Source of the DNA: the human T2T-CHM13v2.0 reference genome, Homo sapiens
DNA length: 64,000 nt
NCBI RefSeq assembly: GCF_009914755.1
Contig: NC_060937.1
Reading direction: 5' to 3' (one strand)
The notes below the pieces were generated by a model, which was not told the DNA's origin, ran no database searches, and saw only the letters and a list, made by a program, of their open reading frames with translations. Positions within the stretch are counted from its first letter, which is position 1. Each line of letters opens with the position of its first letter. Shown one piece after another: positions 50,170 through 64,000 of this stretch. Both the position numbers and the translations under genes were made by a program.

Positions 50170-51079
50170 GTACATAAATTGGGGGGAGAAAAAATGAAAT
50201 TACAATTAGTTAAATATATATATATATGTATGTATTTATGTCATTGATGTATTATCTATTACTTAAAAAAAATCAGTTACTGAGGAAAAGTATCCTAGAT
50301 CCATAAAATTGTTTTCTGCTTGAAGGGTCCTATGGGAAGAGTTGTGTCGGTAACAGCAGTCTTCTAATTACACTTGGCTTTTCACATCTTCAAAATATTA
50401 CAAAGGTGAATTTCACATTCACACAAAGTTTACATTGATAAATAGCATATTATACTTCAAAGTGAATTTATAATTCATAAATATATGTGAGACTTGTCCA
50501 CTTTGGATATCCATTTAGATCAGTTAAATTACTTGCAATTTAAATTTAGTAGATGTTTACTGAAATTCTGCAATTGATAACAAATGTTATCACAATTAAT
50601 AGTAAGTGTTTCTAAAATTAGAAAGTTTCTGTTGCCAAGTTGTCTATCATTTGAAGAAGAGAATGTATAACAGAAGAACAAATGAGTATTCAGTAATTCA
50701 TACTTGTAGTTTTGAATATTTGCTAATAATCCCTCAGTTCTAAGGCATGTATCAATTCCTGTTTAGGTCCAGATTTTGAATTACACTCACTATTAGAAGT
50801 GTGGGATTTGGTCAAATTGTTAATGAATGGTCATTTACATTGTAATTAGAGATGTTCTAATTTAATACATGATATTTAAAATTTAAGGTGGGATTATTTG
50901 CATTTTAGAGATGTAGAAGTTATAACTGAAAATAGTATATTAAATTTGTGAATACTCCAAAATTAATTAACTAAGAAAATGTCAATGAGTCTACCTTACA
51001 AATATCCAAAATGTTTGAAAAATTTCAGAGTGTTAATGGTTTAGTTATAGACAAAATACCTACATTTCAAAAATTATAG

Positions 51080-53350
51080 GACATAAATCAAGTGAAATAA
51101 TCTATGGAGAAAACTGTAGAATAAAAGAGAAAAAGGACACTTCTGACTGTTGGAGAATAGAAGACTCAGGCTGAAATGCCCTCTAATTCTAATACCAGCC
51201 CACCTGGGCAAATTACAAAAAAAATTATTTGCATTGCTCGTCTTACATGAAAATAAGAGAAATTTTCAAGGGCATAGTCAAATAGCTGAAGGAACAGTGA
51301 GGTGAAACCAGAGAGAGAGCTAAAGGAATACAAAAGCCAGCATCTCTTGTGGACAGAGGTTTCCAACAATAAGATCTGGAGCATCTGCCTTGGGCCAAAC
51401 ACAAGGCGGGAGAACAAGGAACCAGAGATGCTGCATTAAGCCTGAATGGTTAAAGGGGGCTGACATGGCTCTAAGTTACTGAGGCCTTTGGTTCTGGGTT
51501 GAAGCAGATTCAGGCTCATTAGAGGAAGGCATCTGCAAAATGTAGGCCCCTAAGAAGTCCCTGAGAGTAAAGAAAATTAATTATGACTTTAAAATAATAT
51601 TACCTGACACAGAAGGAATCAAACTTCTGTTGTCAGAAACAACAAACAACAGATTTAGAACCCAACCTTTTAGATGTTGAAATTATTAGCCCCAGGATAT
51701 AAAATAAAATGTGTAATTGTTAAGAAATAATGGACAGAATGAAAAAAAATAAGTGAAGAACATTAAAATTCATAAATAAATATATAAATCTGAAAAAATT
51801 CAAGAAGTTTCAGAAATAGACAACCTCAAAATTACAAATACACAGGGGCTTCTTTTAAACATGATGGATTAGTTTGTATCAGACAAACTGTTCCCACATG
51901 AGTAACTATAAAGCTTCAGTTCATAGTACAAAATTTAGCTGTTTTAAGACATTAGAGACTAAAAAATACAGCTAACACTTAAAAGCCTGAAGTCCCAGAA
52001 AGAGGGGACGTGAATGGAAATGAGCCTGACATTCTTTGCCATTTTTGCCTTTAGAAATGATTGATTCATAAGCAGCTCTAGGCTTAGAGACCTTGCAATG
52101 CATGTGGGCTGAGGCCTCTGGGCAGTCTGATGGGGCTGAAAAGACACAAATTGCAGCTCAGGGCAATCAAGGCAGTCAGGACCTTAGACTCCTGTCCCTC
52201 AGAAAAGAGAATGGCAGGGCAACACTGCTTGTCTTCTCTGGGCGTTTGCTGATTTCGAAGATGTACACAGCAAGAGGCAGAAATCCAGGCAGAAAATGGA
52301 AGCTAAGATGTTAACTTAGCTTATAAATAGTTGTAAGGCATAGATTTATCTCAGAACTAGGCAAAGCTAGTTCTGAGTTAAAAATGAAACAGCATTCAGG
52401 GCTCACCAAGAATGAGTGGCCCTGGTATAAACATTGAAAGCCAAACAAGAGTAAGGCAGTCCTCACAAACGCTAACTCTTTGTCTCAAATCATCCAATTC
52501 TTGTTTGGAAGAAGGCAATTTTCTGTTACTCTAAGTGTTTGCCTAAAATAAAGTAAATTATGTCTTACAAAACTTAATGTTATCCAGAGCATCTATGTAT
52601 TTTCTTATGCAATATCCATCATTCCTTCAAACATTGCCAGGTGTGTTATGCTACCTACTAGATATTTACAGCAGACTTCTGAAGTATTAACGTAATTTCA
52701 TTTAAAATAAAGAAAATGACAGGATTGTACCATAGGCTGTTACTACTGACCAAACAATGCTCAAGAAACTGCAAAAAAAATGCAATAATTAGAAGAGAGG
52801 TATTAATATATCAGTATTCATTATTATATATGTGATTAAATACATAAAAAATTAAATACAAAAATTTCAATTTCACTACTAAGAAGGGAAATATAAATGT
52901 AATGATGAACACTTGGGGATTGACTATACGACTCTTTATATTTTGTTATGTTAAAACTTACTCATATAAAAAGGTTTTTTAAGACAAAATTTTTTTGACA
53001 AGACAGTAAGACTGGCACTCTGTATAACTTGGTAATATTATAAATTCTTATATATTTTTGAAAAAGAAATTAGCTTATACCTCACAACGGCTTTTCTTTC
53101 CCACCCACTAATTTTTCATCTAGGTGTATATTTAAGGAAATACTCAGAGATTAGGATAAACTTTTATGTATGTGGGTGCTAATGGTGGCATTATTTATAA
53201 AAAAATTATTGAATCCCAGCAAAGTGTTTAATAATAGGGTTAAGCTCAAGTAAACTGTGACATTTCTGTGTGAATAATAATTAGTAAGCAATTTGAAATG
53301 TCTTTCAAAAATTTAATAACATAATTTCACACACACAATGTAAGTAATGA
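51080..53350 (+). mobile_element. Highly decayed L1M-like fragments (5'/ORF1 region and 3' remnants)
   Basis: Patchy resemblance only (gatgttgaaattattag; tcatctaggtgtatatttaaggaaata...gcattatttata). Boundaries uncertain. Confidence 0.35.
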
Positions 53351-53459
53351 TTACAAGCAACAAAAGTAACAACTTCAAGAATGTTAGTAAATCTAAATAT
53401 ACCTATACTTAGGTACCTAGCTATATAATGTCCGAGAGAGGAAATTGAATACAATCATA

Positions 53460-53574
53460 AATAGGTATATTTGTATATAAATATGTATAGATATATAGTT
53501 ATACTATATATATACACATACATCTCTCTCTCTATATATATGTGTGTGTATATATATATATGTGTATATATATA

Positions 53575-53606
<32 letters not shown>

Positions 53607-53620
53607 CACATATATATATA
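53460..53620. repeat. (TA)n/(TG)n compound microsatellite
   Basis: Read directly. Confidence 0.9.
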
Positions 53621-54893
53621 GATCTCATATTTTTTGAAGTAAACATCAAAATCACCATCCAGATTCTGTCTTCTGGGAAAGAGACTACCCCAGATGGAAG
53701 ACATTTTATTGTGTTTTAAAGAAGTTTCTAAGGCTTTCCTTCTTCAATAATAGTATATTCTAAGCTTTAGTACCTTCTCCCAGGACCAATATTGTCTTTT
53801 ATGAGTGCCTATATTCATCCATGTGATGACAAACATTTTGCCCTTTTATTCTCTTGATTTGCTATGTACTTATAAAATAAATCTTATTTCTTTAGGCTTC
53901 TGCATTTTCATATTTACAGGAATTGCTCTTTTCCAAAAATAAACTATGAAAACCATGTAACAGCCATAGGATATCCTTTTGACAGACAACAAATGAGAAT
54001 GTGTCATTCTCTATTGATTACATCAGTTTTTTTCCCTGCAGCTACAATTTTGAAATCTCAGTTCACAGTGATTGAAATAAGTTTTTTTTTTGTTCTGATT
54101 TATCTTAATAACAATTTTAAAAAAGATGTTGGATATTTGGTCATATTCTATTGTTGCCAATTCCAGCTTTTTAAATAAATACTTGAAATATTTTATGGTT
54201 AATTATATCATTTATTAGAAACAAACATGAAAATTACACTTTTTGCATATTATTTTTCTTGTGTACTTATTCAGGAAAATTAAGACAGACATAAGAAAAT
54301 CTGAAGAGGACAAATTTTTGGAGATTTTTCCAATAACTCTAAAAACGTAAGAATAAAATCTTCAAATGCATATGTTTAGTTTTTAAACAAATAATTTATT
54401 TTCTTTTGAAGGACTAAATTAGTAAACACAATTAAACTTATAAATTATAACTTTCACCATTCTTATACTTCTTTATAATTGTCTATTTATTTATCTGGCT
54501 TCTACATGATATTCTCAACTTCTCAAAGACAGAGATTCTTTTCATAATTGAGATCCCAGCAAGAATTTGCCTTGCATTTCACATTTCTTGGCATTGAAAT
54601 AGCATTCTCAATATATCCAACAAATTGTTTGGCTTGTGTTAAGTGATTCAAATCTCTTTTTTATTTTATATGAACTCTTGTACATAAGCACAAGAAATGA
54701 ATAAGGAACTTAAAGATGAATAAGAAGCAGACAGCAGCTACAATTAAGGAGATATTTAATTTCTCCCTTAATCTTAAATTACAATAATTAAAGCTGAGTT
54801 TATGTCATTTTTTGTAGTATCACCATTACAATATAAAAGCTGCAACACGGTATAACACAGGATGTATAGTTATATAAATCCAGAATTAAATAC

Positions 54894-55080
54894 CTTTGTT
54901 GTTATCCATTCCTCCTACAGCATACAAAGTTCCGACTGTAGATTTTCTGGGTTTAGTTCTCGGACTTTGCATTAAAGTTCTTCTTTCTGGCAATAGATGG
55001 TATTTCATTGCTTCTAGAATCAGCTTTTGACATTCCAGATCATTCTTAAATAATGCATGATTTTCTAGGTCAGCCAATAT
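54894..55080 (-). CDS. KLHL1: Kelch-like protein 1 internal coding exon (end of BACK region/linker into Kelch repeat 1; probably exon 6), 187 nt, phase 0 to 1
   Basis: Minus-strand translation [63 protein letters not shown]. Acceptor AG at 55082-55081 (ttcacag|ATATTG), donor GT at 54893-54892 (AACAAAG|gtattt). Recognised as KLHL1 within the KLHL1/4/5 group; exon number is from memory. Confidence 0.93.
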
Positions 55081-56136
55081 CTGTGAATAATACACAATAG
55101 CTGTTAATAATGTTTTCAAAGAGATGAACATTATGTCATTCCTTAAAACTAGAAGTTTAATGTCTGTGATATTATCCTTATATTGAGCAGGATGCAGGGT
55201 GTAGTAAGAATTCATTACAGTAACAAATAAAAATGTATAAAATGAATGGCTTTCAACAGAGACAGAATGGATATTATTTTTGATTCAATATTATTTATCA
55301 TTTTACCACACAGAGTAAAAAAAACACTTATAGTGATCAGCTTTTCTATTCATTTTCTTTTTATGAAAGCTGTCTGAAAATCAAGTATAGTTACTTGTGT
55401 TGGCCATAAACATGTCAGGTGAAAGACATTTAATTTATTGAAAATAGACTTCAACAAATTAAGCCATTACAAGCTTACTGTAAGTGTTCATATATTTAAT
55501 TTAAAATGTTTCAAGTATAGTTTAAATCTCTTTTAAATTCAAAATAACTCAATAAAGATGAAAAAATTTCTTCATAACATCTCTTTAATTATATAAGGAA
55601 TTTAAAAGTTGTGTATTAGGCAAAGTAATAGTTTCCAATAGTGAAAATTTTATACCAAAATTCAGCACCCAATAGACCAATAGAGTGAGACCAGTAGTTT
55701 TAAAGTATATTGTGTCTATTTTTTGCTATAATAGGTTATTGTCTCTGCAAATTATTTTGTGTACATTTATTTGCACACATCCAAAGTATCTTTTATTTTC
55801 CTCTTTCTCTTTCGCTCTTTAGATTATTTTTCTCCTTGATTCTTTTAGTGTCTTCTTTTTTAATGGATCCTGTTTCACTTTGAGTGACAATAAAATGTGT
55901 CCCATAGATTTAGAAAATAAATAAGTAGAAAATTTAGCATTTACTCACTGAACTTTTCTTGTACATTGATAAAAAAATTGTACCACATCTGTACACAAAT
56001 GTTCATTGAATGAATAAAAATGGCAGCATGTGACTAATTAAATTTAACACTATAATTATGACTTTAATTAAAATGTGTAAGCCTACCTAATATATAAAAC
56101 TATAAGAGGTGCCATAAAGAGTATAGAAACACATAA

Positions 56137-56441
<305 letters not shown>

Positions 56442-56603
56442 CAGAACAGTTTTAATCTGAATAAGAAACATAATATTAGTTACTAGATGCTTTGGAATTA
56501 CATAAGTGAAGATGATTAATTACATTCTTGGCTCAGTTTCCTTTTGTTGTATACTAATACCTTAGCTGCCTTTCTACGCACTTTTATTTTGAACATTAAC
56601 TTT

Positions 56604-56610
56604 ATATATA

Positions 56611-56646
<36 letters not shown>

Positions 56647-56656
56647 TGTATGTATA
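56604..56656. repeat. (TA)n(TGTA)n microsatellite
   Basis: Read directly. Confidence 0.9.
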
Positions 56657-57097
56657 GAAGATCTCCAATGGAAAGTTTTGAAAGGACTACTATTTTTAGT
56701 AAATTTTTTTTTTTTTATTCACCAAAGGGACTATTTCTAACAAGGGCCCAGTGGTGTTCATAAACTTTATAATTATGTTTCTATCTATCTACAATGACTC
56801 TTGATCATCTGTGTGTCAAATATATAGTTTCTTGTATCTGAGTCTTTTCATTGCCACAGAAGGAAAATAATTAACCTCTACAGTACTAAATTTATGTATA
56901 TGTAAAGCTGGCTCTCATGAATTCTCATTTTTCTTCTCTCCTTTTCACTCCTTTTGGGAAAATTTGGGATTAGTTGATCATAAAGATACTATTCTTTCAT
57001 TTGGAACACACGTTAGGAATAGCTTAACTAGATAAATAGTTAAAGCATTACAAATAAAAAATAAAAATCTTTAAACTTTTTCCCCTTCAATATCACA

Positions 57098-59210
57098 TCT
57101 CATATTCAACATAGTATTGGAAGTCTTAGTCAGAACAATCAGGAAAGAGAAAGAAATAAAAGGCCTCCAAATTGGTAAAGAAGAAGTCAAGTTTCTCCTG
57201 TTTACTGATTATATAGTCTTATATCTAGAAAAACCAAAAGACTCAACAAAAAAAACAGTAGGTTTGATAAATAAAGTTGCAGGACATGAAATCAATATAC
57301 AAAAGTCAGCAGTGTTTCTTGTTTCTATATGCTAATAACAATCTAGTTGAGAAAAAAAAACAAGTAGTCCATTTTATTTACAGTGACTAAAAAGAAAACT
57401 AGGAATAAATGTAACTAAGGAAGTGAAAGATCTCTACAGGGAAAATTACAAAACACTAATGAAAGAAATTGAAGATAACACAAACAAATAAAAAAAATCC
57501 CATGCTCACAGATCAGAAGAATTAATATCATTAAAATGACCGCATTGCTCAAATCATTCTATAGGCTAAACACAATCTCTTTCAAATTACCAAAGTCATT
57601 TTTTCACAGAATTGGATAAACAATTCTAAAATATATATAAAACATCAAACCAAAAAAGAGCCCAAATGTCAAAGCAATCCTGATCAAAAAGAACAAAACT
57701 GGAGGTATCACATTACCTGACTTAACCCAAGCAGCACGGTATTTCTCTAAAGATAGATATATAGGCCAATGGAACAGAATAGAGAGGCCAGAAATAAAGC
57801 CACGTATTTACTGCTAACTGATCTTTAAGAAAGTCAACAAGAACTTACACTTGGGAAAGGACACCCTCTTCAATAAATGGTGCTGGGAAAATTGGATAGC
57901 CACATGCAGAAGAATGAAACTAGACTCCTATCTGTCACCATATACAAAAATCAACCCAAAATGAATTAAATACACAAATGTAAGTTGCAAAACTATTAAT
58001 ATAAAAACACTAGAAGAAAACCTAGAGAAAGTTCTCATAAAGAGTGGTCTAAGCAAAGGATTTATGACTAAGACATCAAAAGCACAGGCAACAACAATAA
58101 AAAGACAAATGGGACTATATCAAATTAAAAAGCTTCTGCACAACAAAGGAAAAAAATCAACAAAGTGAAAAGAAAATCTGCTTAATGGGAGAAATATTAG
58201 CAAATTATTTATGCAAGAGAGGACAAATACGCAGAATGTACAGGAAACAAAAAACAACTCAACAAGAAAAAACTAATCCCATTAAAAAGTGGGCGAAGGA
58301 CATGACTAGGTATTTCTCTAAAGAAAACATACAAATGGCCCAACAGGTATATGCTAAAATGCTCAACATCATTAATCATCAGAGAAATATAAATCAAAAC
58401 CATAATGAAATACTATCTTATCCCAGTCAGAATGACTATTTAAGAAGACAAAAAATAACATGATGGTGTGAATGAGGAGAAAATGAAACTTACATAGTGT
58501 TTGTTGGAAGGTAAACTAGTAAAGCCACTATGGAAAACAATGTGGAGATTTCTCAAAAAACTAAAAGTAGAATTACCATTTGATCCAGCAATTCTACTAC
58601 TGGATATCTACCCAAAGGAAAAGAAATCAGTATATCAAAGGATACTTGCATTCACATGTTTATTGCAGCACTATTTATAATAGCAAAGATATGGAATCAA
58701 CCTACGTGCCCATCAATGGGTTAATGAATAAAGAAAATGTGGTATATATACACAATAGAATGCTACTTGGCCATAAGAAAGAATAAAATCATGCCATTTA
58801 TAGCAACATGTATGGAACTGGAGGTCATTATCTTAAGTGAAATAAGCCAGGCACTAAAAGACAAATATCACATGTTCTCACTTTTATGTGGGAGTTAAGA
58901 AAATTCATTATATGGAGGTAGAGAGTTGAAAGACAGATAACAGAGACTGTAAAGGGTGAGTGGGAGATATGGAGAACAAGGAAGCAAACTGAGTTAAAGG
59001 GTAAAACTCTCAGTAAGATAGAAGGATTAAATTCAATGTATGATAGCAGAGTAGGGTGACTATACCTAACAAAAATGTATTGTTCTCAGGTGACAGACAC
59101 GCCAAATACCCTGCCTTGATCACAACACACTATATGCACGTAACAAAATTTCTCATGTACTTCATAAATTTGTACAAATAAGCAAAAGACAAAAAAATAG
59201 AAAAAAAATT
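57098..59210 (+). mobile_element. 5'-truncated L1MA (L1MA4-like)
   Basis: Decayed RT peptide (EIKGLQIGKEEVKFLLFTD) and 3'UTR aattcaatg..tgatagcagagtagggtgactata...ataaatttgtacaaataa. Confidence 0.82.
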
Positions 59211-59729
59211 AGAAATGTACTCCTTTTTCATGTTTCTTCTTGCAAAATTGTAACAGAATAAAAAAGTGAATCCAAGAGTTTGGAAACAGCTTAGGTTTTA
59301 GAAAAGTAGACTCATGACATAGATTCAAATATCTTTAAATTTTGGCATATGAATGCAGAGAATAATTTATATTAAAACGAGTTTCTATGCTATCCCTAGT
59401 ATTTTGATGGCTCTTTTAACTAATTAGGGTGGATTAATTTTAGCTTACAAGTAACCCTATGCCTTCTTGACTTCAGTACCATGTAAAAATAATTTTAGCA
59501 TAGTATTTTTACATAAATAGGACTTGGGTTTAATTTCTCATATTTTACACTTAAAAATTATATGTTAGTGGTACAGTAAGTTATAAGTAATTTTAAAAAT
59601 GATTTAGGATGGCCAAAGTACAAGATTGATTAAATGAAATTTCAATAAGTGGTATCTTCTACTGAGGTTTAATCTTGTGAATTCTTGTACAGCTACAAAT
59701 CAGAAAAGGCTTCCTGTGTTAGCTTAGAC

Positions 59730-59841
59730 TTTTTTTTTATACTTTAAGTTCTAGGGTACATGTGCACAATGTGGAGGTTTGTTACATATGTACACATGTG
59801 CCATGTTGGTGTGCTGCACCCATTAACTCGTCATTTACATT
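59730..59841 (-). mobile_element. Very short L1PA (PA4-6-like) 3' end
   Basis: Poly-T, then atactttaagttctagggtacatgtgcac...cattaactcgtcatttacatt. Confidence 0.88.
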
Positions 59842-60429
59842 TACTTGGACAACTTTAAGGCAATAGACTAATGTTATTGATTAATTAATGATAATTTGTG
59901 AATAACTTTTCAATTTCTAAGAAAATGTTACAAACAAATACATGCAAAGATAGATAAGGATTATATCAAATTTTATAAATAATGGATAATTATAAAAGAA
60001 AAAATAAATTCTATAAAAATAAAGTATTGAAAGATCATCAACTCTATGTGCCTAGGTTTATAATATTTTAAAGTAATAAATTTAAAGAAATACAATGTTC
60101 AATGCCCATAGATGTACACATAAAAATATATTATGAATTATTTATTTCAATATATGACATGGCAAATAAAAATAAATAAGAATAAAATAAAATGAAAATA
60201 AAATGTGTCTTGTATTTAATAAAATGACCAAGGTATGCTGTATTCAAATACTATTTTCCTTTTTATGAATAAAATATTGTGTAAAATGTAACTTTGGCCT
60301 ACTCCTACTCATTTTGACAAACTAAATTACTTATAACCACTGTAACCTATTGTTGTATATTTTTAAATTATTACTTGTAACAGTTTCTTGCTTATAAACA
60401 CCATAGCTTGTGTTTGCATTTCGTCTCTG

Positions 60430-60553
60430 ACAACACTAATGACTTCATCTAAACCTCATTACCTTTAAAGGCCCTACCTCCTAATAGCATTACTGTGGGG
60501 GTTAGGCCAACCACATGTGAGTTTGGGTAGGACAGAAATATCAGCCCATAACA
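60430..60553 (-). mobile_element. MaLR (MLT1A/MST) LTR terminal fragment
   Basis: ctaatgacttcatctaaacc..attacc..aaaggcccta...gggggttagg...cagcccataaca. Confidence 0.6.
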
Positions 60554-63500
60554 GATCCTACTAGGTACAATTTGATCATAATTTTATTATGAGTACTACC
60601 CAGCTTCCTATTGCCAGTTTGTTATAAAATGTTCATTTTCTGAGTAATTTGATTCAAGCAATAAGGTTTTTCTTCTGGGTTATTTATTTATTTATTTATT
60701 TATTAAGACAACAAACATCACAGTATATAAGAACCAGAAATCTAAATCCCTTCACTTCATATGTACAAAAGAAATTTCTGTTTTCTTAGCACACATCTTG
60801 GAACTGGTACAGGACATGCTTCTTTGTTCCTATGTCAATTTATGGTGAAAACTAAAAAAAAATAAGTATTCGATCCAGGAAATATTTGCTCCCGCAGGAT
60901 GAGACATCTGTGAACCCACAAAAATAGCTAGCAAGACTAGAACTTGCCCTTCAACACTTGCTTCAAGAGCCTAACCTTGCTGTGCACACTAATCCTAAGC
61001 TATTATGATATAAACTGTACATAAGCCCCACCATTTTACCACAGTGCAAAGGCTGCTTTAAAATAACCCAGGCCAAGCTCTGGAATCATAAATATCTTCT
61101 TGTGACTTTTTTCTATAGAGGATACACCAAGGCTTTGTATAGGTAGTGTTCTTTCATAGTGGAATAGGTATAATAAAGTCTGCTTATTACAAAACATATT
61201 TTGTTGTCTTATAGGAATTCAACACTGAACACATTTCACCAATAATAGTTACAAATACATTGCAAATTCAATGAATGTACTTCTCAGAGAAGAAAATCAA
61301 ATAGAATGAAAACTTACCCACTTTGTCATTCTGCTGTACATTTTAGTGTTACAAAAATATGTTTCAACTATTTATATTATGTAAAAAATTTAGCAGAAAT
61401 AAAAGTTAGCTAGTTTTTGGTATTGTTTACTCTGTGAGCAATTTCAACTTAAATATGAAACCATATTATATAGTTGAAATTGCAAGTATCTATTATTTTA
61501 TTTCATGTGTATTGTTTCTATATACCTGACAAAATTTCAAGTACATTTTATAAACACACAAAAAATGAGATACTGTATTTCTATAACTTATACTAGCACT
61601 TGCTCTTTGGAAAATGATGATAAAATTTAATACTAACATGAATATTTCTATGAAGGTAATGAACAAAATATCTTGAAATCATGTGGAGCATCAAGGTAAA
61701 ACATAATTAAGTGGAGTTACAATGGAATACTCTGTTTCTGTTTTAAATTCTCATTTCTAATATTACTGCTTCAAGATCCTATGGGCTCAGAGATGTCGAT
61801 TTTTGAAAAAAAATAGATCTTAAAAAGTCAATATTTGAGGTTTGCCTTGTTAAATGTAGTAAACTATAATATAATAGTTTACTATAATACATACAGGAAA
61901 ATGTCTCTTTGCAAGAAAAATAAAATCATTAATAAGTTGCTTTATAACCTAATTAGGTAACCTGGAGATAATAATATACTTCTATCATACAAGACAACAA
62001 ACTAAATAACAAGTTTTTAAAATCCTGTTCTATGCTATCCAAACGAATTAAACATTTCCAGTGTTCTGGTTTATGTATATACAAATTTTAGGATAAAAGA
62101 TACAGAGCGTAAGACTTTTCCACAGGCAATATGTTCTTTCGTTAACAACTCTGTCAGCTAGGTGGTCACTTTGCAGATATGCCCTATCTCCTTATAACCT
62201 TGTCAGTTTTCTTTGTGATTAAATAATAACTGATGCGTTATAGGGTAACCCAGTAGCTTCAGAATCAAACATGACCAGGAAATATATAGGATAACCTCAC
62301 ACAATTTTCAGAATTTACCAATATGAAAAATCGGAATAATTTAGCCATTTATAGCTAGAACTTTTGACAATGAATTTGTTAGAGCATTCCAGCTGCCAGA
62401 AATGTCATGAACTTTTAATTAGAATAAGTATTTTCCCTACAGTTACCTGTTTGAAAGCATTATTTTCTTTTCACATACTCTTCTAAAGTTCTATTGGCTT
62501 TATTAACAAGTTCATTTTGGTTAGAAAAAAATATATATATGAATAAATACATTTGTTAAAATATTATTCATTGTAAATAACCATTAAATTTGTTACGATA
62601 ATACACCAAAATTTACTTGTTGATGGTTTCATACATTGAACCACATGATCAAAATAGTCACATGTTTAGCAACATTAAAGCATTGCTGAGTGTTTTAATC
62701 CTGTGTGCACACTCTTCAAATTGCAGCTTTCTAAGAGTATTATATGATTTTATTTGAAATGTTTGTAATAATACATAAATTATGCTAAAGGTATTTCAAA
62801 TAATCTTCTGAAAGTATTGCTTTATAAAAATAGGATGCATCATTCAAGTATCTAGATTTTGCAGTGTTTTTGCAATCTCTCAAACAAAAAATAGAATCAA
62901 TTTTCATGTCTTTTTAAAAAATTGTCTTCTTTCTATAAAAATTATCTAATGTGTCAAGAAAAATACCCTCTTGTCTAGAATCCTTGTCATGATTCTCTGC
63001 ACTATATTGCCTGTATAGATGCTGCTTGACATTGTAAATAACTTTTACAATACTATCATAAGTAAACAAAACAAGATACATGAATTTATTCTTGCTGGAT
63101 GACCCACTTTTATTACATAAATGACATACACTCTAATTTTATAGTAAAAGTCAGAAAACATTTACATTATAAAAACTTGTATTACAGACAACCTTATAAA
63201 ATATCATTTAAGAAATATAAATTATAGCAACACCCTACTATACAGTTCACGTCCAGAAATAAGAAAAGACCTACATCATAAGCTATTCCTTAAGTTAGAG
63301 TAATACTGCATTAGCAAAAAAAAAGAAAATAAATAAACATAATTTAAAGGCAGGAAAATAGGAGGTGTACCAAGAGCAGCAGTCACATCTATACCTGTCA
63401 TCTGGTCATGGAGTCCACTGCAAAATGGAAGGCAATATTGAATAAATACTTAAAGAAAAATAAGTTTAAACATATTATAGACCAAAGAAAAAGTACTAAC

Positions 63501-64000
63501 TCTTCTAAAATTATATCCTTGGGCTATATTATGAAAACATATATAGTTATGAAAACACTCTCACATTCATGATAAAGTGACAAAATTTCATGTACTTCAT
63601 CTTATTTCATAATATCTCAAAATTTTGTTTTCCTACTGGATCTTGTGCTAAAAATAAACTCAGAATTTGAATCTATAAAACAAAATTGATTCCTATTAGA
63701 AGTGACAGTCCTTAGAGAATAAATGACAGTTTCATATCTTGCCTTTCAAGTTTTGTGCATGACAAAATGAAAGCCATGAATAATAAAATATTATCTCATA
63801 AGCTGCAGAAAAATTTTTATTTCAATGTCTTATAAATATATCTAATACAAATAAAATAATTTCAGGTATTTGCATTAAAGCAGTCTAAGACATTCCACAG
63901 GGAAACAATGATCACATTCAGTGCTAAATGAACCCTGAGCCTATTTAAGGTGCTGGTGAAAGGAAAGAGTTCAGTCATCACAGAACTTTCCAGGAACACA

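Noticed and set aside
49310-53719. CVCVYIYI / THTHT low-complexity ORFs
   Set aside because: Translations of CA/TG/TA microsatellites.
54886-55215. 109-aa ORF (and 12637-12825) as stand-alone small genes
   Set aside because: They are KLHL1 exons with intronic read-through; canonical splice sites define the true limits.
60740-61225. Possible old ERV LTR (AATAAA followed by a ...caaca end)
   Set aside because: Family and boundaries could not be recognised with confidence; needs a Dfam search.

Overview
AT-rich, repeat-dense human genomic DNA lying inside the neuronal BTB-BACK-Kelch gene KLHL1 (minus strand). A young AluYa5 supports human origin. Only two coding exons are present: 55080-54894 (187 nt) and 12881-12657 (225 nt), separated by a ~42 kb intron and spliced in frame. 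The rest is intronic: several large L1s (mostly antisense to the gene), about 13 Alu elements or fragments, MaLR/ERV LTRs, DNA-transposon relics, a Y3 RNA pseudogene and microsatellites. All other ORFs in the track are repeat-derived. The most unusual structure is 17754-18841: one long target-site duplication encloses an L1 3' end fused to a HERV-E/Harlequin piece ordered internal 3' end/PPT - complete LTR2 - start of PBS. That order matches a retroviral reverse-transcription intermediate, not a provirus end or solo LTR. A second is a 543-bp near-identical tract with shared private indels between two otherwise distinct L1PA copies 24.8 kb apart that bracket the in-frame exon (apparent non-allelic gene conversion). 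Repeat subfamily names come from recalled consensus sequences, not from a RepeatMasker run.
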